A stretch of DNA of 11,947 nt, from contig JBIKWQ010000087.1 of assembly GCA_044356215.1 (NCBI GenBank), forward strand, positions 1-11,947, in the 5' to 3' direction. This document shows, one piece after another, positions 1 to 7,756 of this stretch (positions within the stretch are counted from its first letter, which is position 1; every line of letters starts with the position of its first letter). Source of the stretch: Bdellovibrionota bacterium. Lineage in GTDB: Bacteria > Bdellovibrionota_C > UBA2361 > OMII01. The notes under the pieces were generated by a model, which was given only the letters and a program-made list of their open reading frames with translations, was not told the DNA's origin and ran no database searches. The position numbers and the translations under genes are program-made.

Positions 1-167
1 GTATCACAGGGGATACACCTCCGGCCTTCGCTAAAGCTACGGCCGGCGAGGTTTTGTCGGACCAGACGTAGCCTTGGCGAAGGCTGGTGCGGTTTTTTCC
101 CATCTCGAAAATCGAATATCAACTCAATCTCCACTTTCTCGCTACGGGTAGGTTTTGCCGGCCTTCC
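1..167. mobile_element. Right part of a putative IS5-family-like MITE (copy 1, cut by the window start)
   Basis: 151-167 (GGTTTTGCCGGCCTTCC) is the exact reverse complement of 11787-11803. 93-167 is an approximately 80% inverted match (61/76 columns, manual alignment) to 11787-11862. 1-77 is a 69/77 direct match to 11871-11947. TTAG follows at 168-171. No transposase ORF. Confidence 0.7.
21..87. repeat. REP-like GC-rich hairpin inside the MITE
   Basis: CCGGCCTTCGCTAAAGCTACG (21-41) pairs with CGTAGCCTTGGCGAAGGCTGG (67-87): 18/21 Watson-Crick pairs, 2 G-U and 1 mismatch on the plus strand. A small GTATC/GATAC stem lies at 1-16. Confidence 0.85.
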
Positions 168-956
168 TTAGGAAACCGACAACCCCTCCGCCACCCTCCC
201 CCGAAACCGCGACCACACACTAGTTCTCGCCAGAGCCAGAACATCAACACGCGCAGCCCCAGCTCTCTTTAGCGTATACGCCGCGGCGCTAATCGTCGCT
301 CCGGTAGTGATCACATCTTCAATCAACAGGATTATCTTTCCTGTTACATCCGCTCCGTCCTTTAGCGCGAATAACTTCTCAAGCCTAGTAATTCGCGCCT
401 CATGACTAAGGGTCGCTTGCGGAGCTCTCTGGACGCCGTTTTTTAGAAGATTGCTAAACGGGATCTTAAGTGATTTGGCGATAGGTTTCGCGATCTCGCC
501 ACATGGATGAAACAATCTTTTTCTGAGCATAAGTCTAGATGATGGAACTGGCGAGATGATGTCCCAGTCGCGATCTGAGAAGAGCTCGCCGATAGCGTCG
601 TGAAGTAAACTTGAACAGATTCCAGCTATCTCTAGACTGGGCCGATACTTCATCGTTCTTATAAGATCTCTTGCCAGTCCCTCGTAATCCCACAGGTGCC
701 GCATCGTATCCGGTATAGGTGGATAGAGCTTGCAAGTTGGGCAGCTATCACTATGTGCGGCTGGAGCGTGGGGAGAAAAGCACTTAGGGCAGGAGCGACT
801 TATAAGCTCGCCTAGGTCAGGCAGCGCGGGCCTGCAGCGGTAACAGATCCGGCTATGTCTAAGAGGTCTAAGGCAGATAAGGCACTGCGTAGGTAAGATA
901 AGCTCAAGCCAGCTAAGAAGCTTGTGATTGTTTAGTGTCGGGTAATTAAGAGGCAT
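168..956 (-). CDS. comFC: ComF family protein (double zinc ribbon plus PRTase-like domain)
   Basis: Four CxxC pairs (CLIC, CYRC, CPKC, CPTC), a YEG..RDLIRTMKY motif, PVP, and the PRPP-loop-like ILLIEDVITTGAT followed by LKRAGAARVDVLALAR, typical of ComF/ComFC. Confidence 0.9.
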   Translation of the reverse strand: MPLNYPTLNNHKLLSWLELILPTQCLICLRPLRHSRICYRCRPALPDLGELISRSCPKCFSPHAPAAHSDSCPTCKLYPPIPDTMRHLWDYEGLARDLIRTMKYRPSLEIAGICSSLLHDAIGELFSDRDWDIISPVPSSRLMLRKRLFHPCGEIAKPIAKSLKIPFSNLLKNGVQRAPQATLSHEARITRLEKLFALKDGADVTGKIILLIEDVITTGATISAAAYTLKRAGAARVDVLALARTSVWSRFRGRVAEGLSVS

Positions 957-1012
957 GTGGATTGTTCGGTTGGGCGCCGTAAGAAGTTGCTGAGTAGCCG
1001 CGAATATTTTTA

Positions 1013-1324
1013 TACAAAGAGAACGGCGAGGGAAAAGAGAGGGGGAAGCCTAATATGAGTTGGCTATATTTCCCCTCTTTGTCCGTCCTCGCTACTCACA
1101 TTGTTTAAATAAGAGCTGCGACAGATTTTTATATAAAAAGAGAACGGCGAGGGAAAAGAGAGGGGAGCCTAACATGAGTCGGCTATATTTCCCCTCTTTG
1201 TCCGTCCTCGCTGCTCTCATTGTTGAAATAAAAGCAGTGGCAGATTTTGATGTACAAAGAGAACGGCGAGGGAAAAGAGAGGGGGAAGCCTAATATGAGT
1301 TGGCTATATTCCCCCTCTCTGTCC
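1013..1324. repeat. Tandem array of about 2.6 units of ~120 bp, each with a hairpin-forming core
   Basis: GAACGGCGAGGGAAAAGAGAGGGG starts at 1021, 1142 and 1261 (periods 121 and 119). 1013-1084 vs 1253-1324 is 70/72 identical. Cores of units 1 and 2 differ by 2 substitutions and 2 single-base deletions, whereas the 43-nt linkers differ at 10 positions. Confidence 0.95.
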
Positions 1325-1374
1325 AGGGCGTCGCAGTGTTTTGGTAAGCTGCTGGGATAATAAGCAAGATATTT

Positions 1375-1464
1375 TTACCGCAGAGGGTGCAGAGGACACC
1401 GAGAAAACCCCAGAATTGCCCATAAAATAGCCGTTCTGTGTGCCCTCTCCGTCCTCTGTGGTGA
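1375..1464. repeat. Imperfect 31-bp inverted repeat (ACC.CAGAGG...CCTCTGTGGT type REP-like hairpin)
   Basis: TTACCGCAGAGGGTGCAGAGGACACCGAGAA (1375-1405) vs TTCTGTGTGCCCTCTCCGTCCTCTGTGGTGA (1434-1464): 23/31 complementary, 28-nt loop, internal ~9-nt periodicity of AGAGG. Confidence 0.8.
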
Positions 1465-1553
1465 TAAAGAACTGCGATGCCCCACTCTTTGTCCGTCTTC
1501 CCGAACTCCGCCAGATCTGCGATGCTAACGTCATCCTAGCCCACGGAACCCCA

Positions 1554-4379
1554 GTGAAAGATAACCCAACCTCCATTCACAGATCTTTTTGCGGATTCGA
1601 CCAGCACATCCTGCCGTGGCTTGCTGAACACCTCCTTGAAAAGCATTCAAGCTCTGGGCTGATAGATTTATCCGCGATAAATATCGTGGTGCCCGGAGGA
1701 CGCGCCCTTAGAAGACTAATGGAGCTCTTAGTTATTGGCGCCGCTCAGGGTGAAAAGATAGGGCAGGGGATAATTCCTCCTAGCATCATAACCCGTGGAT
1801 CTTTAATCGATCGATTCCTTCCTTCTTCAGCATCTCTCGCCTCTGAGATTACCCGTCAGATGGCGTGGATCTCCGCCATTCACGAAACAGAGAAGGCGAT
1901 TATCGAGCAATTAGTTCCAAATGCCCCTACGGGTTACATCGAGCGATCCGCCGCGGCTTTAGCCAGAAGGATAGATTCAATCTATATCGAGATCTCATCG
2001 GCTGGTTTGACATTCGCTGACGTAGCGCAGAAGGGCCAGCAGATCGAGGGATTCTACGAGGAGGAGCGCTGGGACGCGCTTCACGCGATATACCTAAGCT
2101 ATAAAGAGATCCTGTCCAATACAGGGCAGGAGTGCCGCTACTCAAGGCGCGCCGAGCTCCTCTCCGAGACAGAAGCTTTTGAGATCCCAGGAGAGCTTTA
2201 TCTCTGCGGACTTTTTGATCTTACTCCGCAGCAGAAAGTATTTCTTGATAAGTGCCATGGGTCGATTTATTCAGTGATATTCGCTGATGATTTGCATAGT
2301 AATGGTTTTGATAAGTACGGCGCGATCGTCCCAAGTTACTGGGAGCGCCAGGTCGTCAATCTAGATTCATCTGACCTTCAAGTTGTTGAGCATCCTCGGG
2401 ATATCGCCGCCGCTACACTTGAATGGGTCTCAGAGATAGCTCCAAAGATCTCAGAGCGCGATCTAGTTTTCGGTTTGGGAGATGAGAAGATCTCAGGATT
2501 TTTAAAGGGCCAGTTCGATGAACTAGGCTTTGCCACCAGAGCAGCTTCTGGTTTATCAGCACTGCAGACAGAGACGGGCTTTTTATTGACAGTTATCTCA
2601 AGATATCTTGAGAGCCGCACATTTGAGGATCTCGCAGCACTAGTTCGTCACCCGTACCTGATCCTTTGGTTGTGCGAAAAGCTCCTTATTAACCCCGAGT
2701 CTGCGGGTAGTATCCTGGTTGCGATCGATAATTATCAACCGAGTCACCTGCAGGCGACGACCCGAGGCGCTCTCCCGAACGATCAAAAGAACGACCTCTT
2801 GGCTATTAAGATAATTGATTCGGTTCACGAACTGCTAGCGCCGTTAATCGCTGAGCCAGTTCCTGTAACCGATTGGGCTGTCAGGATCTACCAAGTGTTA
2901 GAGCCGTTCTCAGCCGAGATAGGCGCAGATGTTAACGAGATCATTAAGAGCTTGAATGATCTTATCGACGAGCTCGCGCGTTGTCCATTAGCGACGAAGC
3001 TGAGACCCTCTGAGGCGCTATCGCTTCTTACTGATCAGTTCGAGGCCCGCACGACGATCCCTGATCCGCGCGATTCAGGGATCGAGCTGCTAGGATGGCT
3101 TGAGCTCGCTTTTGATGATTCAGCGGCTTTAATGGTGACTGGATTAGATGAGGGTGTGGTTCCGGCGGTGATCAACGCGGATCCTTTCCTGCCGGATTCA
3201 TTAGCCAGACATTTAGGAATAACTAATAACGGCTCGCGTTTCGCGAGAGATCTCGCCCTATTTTCAAGTATTATAAATTCTAAGCGTGAGTTGCGCGTCA
3301 TCTGCACGAGACGTTCTCTGTCGGGAGATATCGTTCAACCAAGCCGACTCCTGTTCGCTTGTGATGATAATGAACTACCTAAACGTGTCGATACTCTGCG
3401 CCAAGACGGCCAGCGATTTAAAACCAACGTAGATAAGGTTGATACTAGGCGAGATTATTTAGTATCGCAGCCTACCCCTCTTATCGAGCCGATTACTAAG
3501 ATGTCTGTTACATCTTTCACCTCATATATGAACTGTCCTTATCGCTTTTACCTAGAGCGAGTAGCCAAGGTAGCTCCGGCGAGTGATGAGGTTGTGGAAT
3601 TAGACGCGTTTCGTTTTGGAACTTTGGCTCACGACATCTTAGCTCATGCCGGAAAAGATTCGGCCTTTAACTCAGATAGTCCGGATATCGTGACTGAGCT
3701 TTTAAACGACTCGCTAGCCTTTTTTACAAAGCGCGTTTTCGGAAAGAATCCCTTGCCGGCGGTGAAGATCCAGCTAGAGCAATTAAAGGATCGTTTCGCG
3801 CTCCTAGTTGAGTGGCAAGTAAAGCATAGAAGGGATGGCTGGATCACAAAGGAGATAGAGCGCGATTTGGCGGAATTACAGGTCATGATTGAGCTATCCG
3901 AAGATTCGATGCAGGTGACCGGAAGGATTGATCGGATCGATTTTAATCAGGTGAGCAACTGTTATCTGATAATCGATTATAAAACGAGCGATAAGGGGCG
4001 CAGTAAGAAAGATGCCCGCGCCGAGAAAAAGATAGAGGGCTCAGAGCAAAAACAGATCATCTGGAGCGATCTGCAGGCGCCACTTTATCTACGAGCCGCG
4101 GCGATGATGTTTGGTGACATAACTAAAATCGGGTTCGCTTATGTAAATCTCCCCGCTCGGGTAGACCTTGAGATATATGAACCAGTTGAGGTGTCGGATC
4201 TTGAATATCAAGCTGGCATAAGCCAAGCGCGAGAGATAGCACAACTGGTTAGAGACCAAGTTTTCTGGCCACCAAATTCAAAGCTTGTAATCGACCCTGA
4301 CAGGGACCCTTACTGGAGATTGCTGACCGGACTAACCGCTAGAGAAGAGGTTTTAGTGGAGGAGGAAGTCGATGTCTGA
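1554..4379 (+). CDS. addB: AddB/RexB-like subunit with a C-terminal PD-(D/E)XK nuclease domain
   Basis: C-terminal MSVTSFTSYMNCPYRFYL, FGTLAHDIL, GRIDRID, IIDYKTS and LQAPLY motifs. The N-terminal helicase-like region looks inactive (VVPGGRA, no Walker A). The gene overlaps addA. The longest ORF starts at 1440, but that codon lies in the 1375-1464 hairpin, so the in-frame GTG at 1554 is preferred (start uncertain). Confidence 0.88.
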   Translation: MKDNPTSIHRSFCGFDQHILPWLAEHLLEKHSSSGLIDLSAINIVVPGGRALRRLMELLVIGAAQGEKIGQGIIPPSIITRGSLIDRFLPSSASLASEITRQMAWISAIHETEKAIIEQLVPNAPTGYIERSAAALARRIDSIYIEISSAGLTFADVAQKGQQIEGFYEEERWDALHAIYLSYKEILSNTGQECRYSRRAELLSETEAFEIPGELYLCGLFDLTPQQKVFLDKCHGSIYSVIFADDLHSNGFDKYGAIVPSYWERQVVNLDSSDLQVVEHPRDIAAATLEWVSEIAPKISERDLVFGLGDEKISGFLKGQFDELGFATRAASGLSALQTETGFLLTVISRYLESRTFEDLAALVRHPYLILWLCEKLLINPESAGSILVAIDNYQPSHLQATTRGALPNDQKNDLLAIKIIDSVHELLAPLIAEPVPVTDWAVRIYQVLEPFSAEIGADVNEIIKSLNDLIDELARCPLATKLRPSEALSLLTDQFEARTTIPDPRDSGIELLGWLELAFDDSAALMVTGLDEGVVPAVINADPFLPDSLARHLGITNNGSRFARDLALFSSIINSKRELRVICTRRSLSGDIVQPSRLLFACDDNELPKRVDTLRQDGQRFKTNVDKVDTRRDYLVSQPTPLIEPITKMSVTSFTSYMNCPYRFYLERVAKVAPASDEVVELDAFRFGTLAHDILAHAGKDSAFNSDSPDIVTELLNDSLAFFTKRVFGKNPLPAVKIQLEQLKDRFALLVEWQVKHRRDGWITKEIERDLAELQVMIELSEDSMQVTGRIDRIDFNQVSNCYLIIDYKTSDKGRSKKDARAEKKIEGSEQKQIIWSDLQAPLYLRAAAMMFGDITKIGFAYVNLPARVDLEIYEPVEVSDLEYQAGISQAREIAQLVRDQVFWPPNSKLVIDPDRDPYWRLLTGLTAREEVLVEEEVDV

Positions 4380-7300
4380 CCAACAGATCCTCGCCCCACG
4401 TTTAATCAGAGCGAGTGCAGGAACCGGTAAGACCCGCGATCTCTCTTCGCGGTATATCGGGCTTTTAGCTCGTGGTGAAACCCCGGATAAGATCTTAGCT
4501 ACTACATTTACAAGAAAAGCAGCCGCTGAGATCCGTGAAAGGATATTTTCAAGATTGGCGTTTGCGGCGCGCAGCGCGGAAGGAGCCGCGGAGTTAGCCG
4601 AGTCAATCGCGTTAAAGAGCTTTAAACAGGACGATGCAAGGTTAATCCTACGGCGTTTAGTGGCGCAGCAGCATAGATTATTAATCACGACGCTCGACGC
4701 GCTGTTTATATCTATGGCTAGAAGCTTCGCTCTCGAGCTGGGGTTGCCGATCAATTGGCGGATCGGCTCAGAGGAGGATGGAAAGAAACTTCGAGAGTTA
4801 GCGATCCGTGGTGTGCTTGAAGATGATGACAATAATCAATCAAGCGCGCTTGAGATAGTCAGGTTAATTCATGGGGGCGACCTCTCTCGCTCTGTGCACG
4901 AGGAGATAGTGAGCGAGGTACAGAGGCTCTATCGATATTTCATCGCGACAGAGATAGCCGCTTGGAGCTGGATTTCGTCCATAAGAGCCGATGACGCTCC
5001 AGCATACGAAGGTCTTGGAGATATTATCAAGCGGTACCAGGTCCCAAATAACTCAAGTGGCGGGCCGAATAAAAATATCCAAAAATTGGTGGTCAAATTA
5101 GAAACTATTCAGGCCACAAGGGACTGGAAGGCTCTGAGCGGTATGAAGTCTGCTAAGGACGCTCTTAAGGGGCAGTATCAGTACCATAGTCAGACACTTG
5201 CTCCAGAGCTTCGCGAAGTAATAGATGGCCTTGTAGCTCACGCGCGCATTGATCTGACACGCCGATACAGCGATCGTCTTAGTGGAATCCACGCCATGCT
5301 TGATCTGTATCACAATAGATACGGGGAAGCGCAAAGGCGACTTGGGATACTTAGCTTCGATGATGTAAAGAGTAAGCTAGCGAGCTCTAGTGTACTGGGA
5401 CAGCTTGAGCCTCTTTACTACAGACTCGACTCACGTATCTGCCACCTGCTCCTTGATGAGTTTCAAGATACCTCGATGAATGAGTGGCGTGTGCTAGAGC
5501 CTATCGCTGATGAGATCCTATCAAGGCCAGGTGAGAGATCTTTCTTCTGTGTAGGTGACATGAAGCAGGCGATCTACGGGTGGCGTGGCGGAGTCGCTGA
5601 GATCTTTGGCTCTATCGAAAGCCGCTGGAGTAGCCTTAAGCCGGAATCAAAACAGACGACGTATAGATGCGCTCCGGCGATTATAGATTTTGCAAACAGT
5701 TTATTCAGTGGCTTAGATAAAGCCCCATGTCTTAATGATGTTCGGGAGGCGGTTGATAGCTGGCTCGAGCGATTCGAGCCTCACGACGCGGCGAGAAAAG
5801 CTCTTCCAGGTCAGGTGGTCATGCACAGACTTGGCGAGGGAGCCAGTAAAGCAGCTTTCACGGTTGATTTAGTAGTTGAATTACAGCAGCGATATCCGGG
5901 CGCGTCGATCGGTGTTCTTGTCCGGAAAAATCGCGCCGTGTCGGATCTTTTAGCGCGCTTCTCTGAGGCTCATCCGGGTATGGCGGTGAGTGAGGAGGGG
6001 GCGATAAAAATAACCGACTCGCCCCTTGTGCGCGCGATAATGTCGCTCCTTAGATTCGTTGATCATCCAGGCGATACACTAGCGGCCTTTCATGTGGAGC
6101 GCTGCCAACTAGCCGCAACTTTATTGATCCCATTTAAGGATAAGTCGCTCGCCGCCACATGGGTCACTAAAATTAGAGAGAGACTTCTGCGTGAAGGATA
6201 CGGCACAGTGATCTCGGAGTGGGCGAGAGTCCTCGAGATTGAGTGTGGAGACTTAGATCGTCAGAGGCTCCGACAGTTAGTTGATCAGGCGTATCTGTAT
6301 GATCTAGAGCGGACCACTAGAGTCGCTGATTTTGTAAGCCATATAGAACGCGTCACCGTAGAGCTCCCATCAGAGGCGTCGATCCGAGTGATGTCTCTAC
6401 ATAAAGCTAAAGGGTTGGAGTTCGACATAGTGGTATTGCCCGAGCTTGAGGACAAGATAGCTGTGAAGTCCGATGAGATACTGGTTGGGCAAGACACGCC
6501 CATAAGCCCGGTCAAGAAGATCGGGTTGGGAACGGGAACTGAATTTGAGCGTTTGCTGATCCCTGAATTGGGGACGTTGTGGCACAGCAAGTTAGACGCC
6601 ATTACAGTAGAGAGCTTAAGCTTACTTTATGTAGGGGTAACGAGGCCTCGGCAGATCCTGCATCTGGTTTTGCCGGACGAGAAGTCGATGGGCAAGGTTT
6701 CATCAGCAAGGGTGCTAAATGAGATATTCGACACCGATGAGGCGGACGCGCTTCTATTCGGTTCAAAAGATATCGAAGTGCATCCAGAGAATCAGGTGGT
6801 GAATCAGGCACGCGCGTTTAGTAAACGAAAGATTAATTTCGGAGGTAATGAGCTAGCCACTCGCGCGCCGCGGCTAGATAAAATAAGACCATCGCGTCAC
6901 AACGAGAGGCCTAACCTAATAAATCCAAGTGTACTTGGAGCGGGCGAGCTGGCGCGCGCTCGTGGCACAGCCCTTCATCTGCTCTTTGAGCAGGTTGGGT
7001 GGCTAGAGGATTTTTCAGAGGGTGATATTAATAAAGAAGGGATTAAGAGGTTGCTCGGCGCGGAGCACGCCGAGCAAGTAATCGGTGAGTTTCATAAACT
7101 CTTAATCGCTCCGGAGATAGTAACCGCGCTCTCGCGTTCCCGTTTTGGTGAGGGCGCTAATTTAGTACTGAAACGTGAGCAGGCTTTTGCTATCAGAGAC
7201 GGCGAGAATCTAGTGTCGGGAGTAATAGACAGACTAGTGATTAGGTATGAGGGCGATAAGCCGGTTTTGGCCGAGGTGCTTGATTACAAGAGCGACCGAT

Positions 7301-7455
7301 TATCTGGGCCTGATGCGATCAATGATAAGCTAGCGCTTTACAAAGAGCAGGTGAATTTCTATATCAAAGCTGCCAGAGCTCTTTTAGGAGCCAGTATTCC
7401 CGTCGTCAGCAAGCTCGTGTTTTTAGATGGTGGGAAGGTTGCCGAGGTCGCTTAG
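4372..7455 (+). CDS. addA: AddA-like UvrD/SF1A helicase with a C-terminal RecB-type nuclease
   Basis: ASAGTGKT (motif I), TFTRKAA (Ia), LLLDEFQDTS (II), VGDMKQAIYGWRG (III), TYR (IV), MSLHKAKGLEF (V), LLYVGVTR (VI), then RGTALH, GVIDRL, VLDYKS and QVNFY nuclease motifs. GGAGGAGG RBS at 4358-4365 and an 8-nt overlap with addB. Confidence 0.93.
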   Translation: MSDQQILAPRLIRASAGTGKTRDLSSRYIGLLARGETPDKILATTFTRKAAAEIRERIFSRLAFAARSAEGAAELAESIALKSFKQDDARLILRRLVAQQHRLLITTLDALFISMARSFALELGLPINWRIGSEEDGKKLRELAIRGVLEDDDNNQSSALEIVRLIHGGDLSRSVHEEIVSEVQRLYRYFIATEIAAWSWISSIRADDAPAYEGLGDIIKRYQVPNNSSGGPNKNIQKLVVKLETIQATRDWKALSGMKSAKDALKGQYQYHSQTLAPELREVIDGLVAHARIDLTRRYSDRLSGIHAMLDLYHNRYGEAQRRLGILSFDDVKSKLASSSVLGQLEPLYYRLDSRICHLLLDEFQDTSMNEWRVLEPIADEILSRPGERSFFCVGDMKQAIYGWRGGVAEIFGSIESRWSSLKPESKQTTYRCAPAIIDFANSLFSGLDKAPCLNDVREAVDSWLERFEPHDAARKALPGQVVMHRLGEGASKAAFTVDLVVELQQRYPGASIGVLVRKNRAVSDLLARFSEAHPGMAVSEEGAIKITDSPLVRAIMSLLRFVDHPGDTLAAFHVERCQLAATLLIPFKDKSLAATWVTKIRERLLREGYGTVISEWARVLEIECGDLDRQRLRQLVDQAYLYDLERTTRVADFVSHIERVTVELPSEASIRVMSLHKAKGLEFDIVVLPELEDKIAVKSDEILVGQDTPISPVKKIGLGTGTEFERLLIPELGTLWHSKLDAITVESLSLLYVGVTRPRQILHLVLPDEKSMGKVSSARVLNEIFDTDEADALLFGSKDIEVHPENQVVNQARAFSKRKINFGGNELATRAPRLDKIRPSRHNERPNLINPSVLGAGELARARGTALHLLFEQVGWLEDFSEGDINKEGIKRLLGAEHAEQVIGEFHKLLIAPEIVTALSRSRFGEGANLVLKREQAFAIRDGENLVSGVIDRLVIRYEGDKPVLAEVLDYKSDRLSGPDAINDKLALYKEQVNFYIKAARALLGASIPVVSKLVFLDGGKVAEVA

Positions 7456-7504
7456 CTAAACTTGGCTGGCCGAGACTCCTTGATTGTGTTCATCGTGCGT
7501 GGAG

Positions 7505-7571
7505 GGTTGACATCTCCATTCGGCAGGCTCAAGGCACGCCATTCGGCAGGCTCATGGCATGCTGGTCAACC
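7505..7571. repeat. Two tandem 23-bp repeats bracketed by a 7-bp inverted repeat
   Basis: CCATTCGGCAGGCTCAAGGCACG (7516-7538) and CCATTCGGCAGGCTCATGGCATG (7539-7561) are 21/23 identical, flanked by GGTTGAC (7505-7511) and GTCAACC (7565-7571). Confidence 0.8.
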
Positions 7572-7720
7572 GTATCTCAGATCCCCTGATGTTGCTCATT
7601 ACCGGCAGCGTACGACCAGTCAATCAGAACACTGCCCAGCAAATTCTTATAGGTCTCAAAACCCACTAGCGTGGGCATTTCATGAAATATCAGGGTTGGG
7701 CAAGTGCGGATCTAAATTCG

Positions 7721-7748
7721 TCAGAGTTACTCCGGAGGCCGACTCTGA
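7721..7748. terminator. Stem-loop just past the abiEii stop, possible terminator
   Basis: TCAGAGT (7721-7727) / ACTCTGA (7742-7748) with the inner palindrome CTCCGGAG. It lies 8 nt from the abiEii stop and has only weak U-tracts. Confidence 0.3.
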
Positions 7749-7756
7749 ATCTTTTA

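Noticed and set aside
1..77. Exact terminal overlap indicating a circular plasmid or phage contig
   Set aside because: The two ends differ at 8 of 77 positions, and there are no replication, integrase or phage genes.
1..90. tRNA or tRNA-derived att site
   Set aside because: No cloverleaf, T-loop GTTC motif or CCA end can be fitted. It is one long hairpin.
87..272. 61-aa plus-strand ORF
   Set aside because: It starts inside the MITE arm, runs antisense to comFC, and has no recognisable motif.
1013..1324. CRISPR array interpretation of the 120-bp repeats
   Set aside because: The conserved part is ~75 nt, the linkers are homologous to each other (33/43) rather than unique spacers, and there are no cas genes. 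The PD-(D/E)XK domains belong to AddAB, not Cas4.
1060..1576. ORFs 1060-1293 (+) and 1304-1576 (-) as conventional genes
   Set aside because: They are read-throughs of repeat and hairpin sequence with no recognisable domain.
1927..6811. Minus-strand ORFs within addB and addA (for example 4353-4832 and 6285-6602)
   Set aside because: They are antisense shadows of well-supported genes, with no family motifs.
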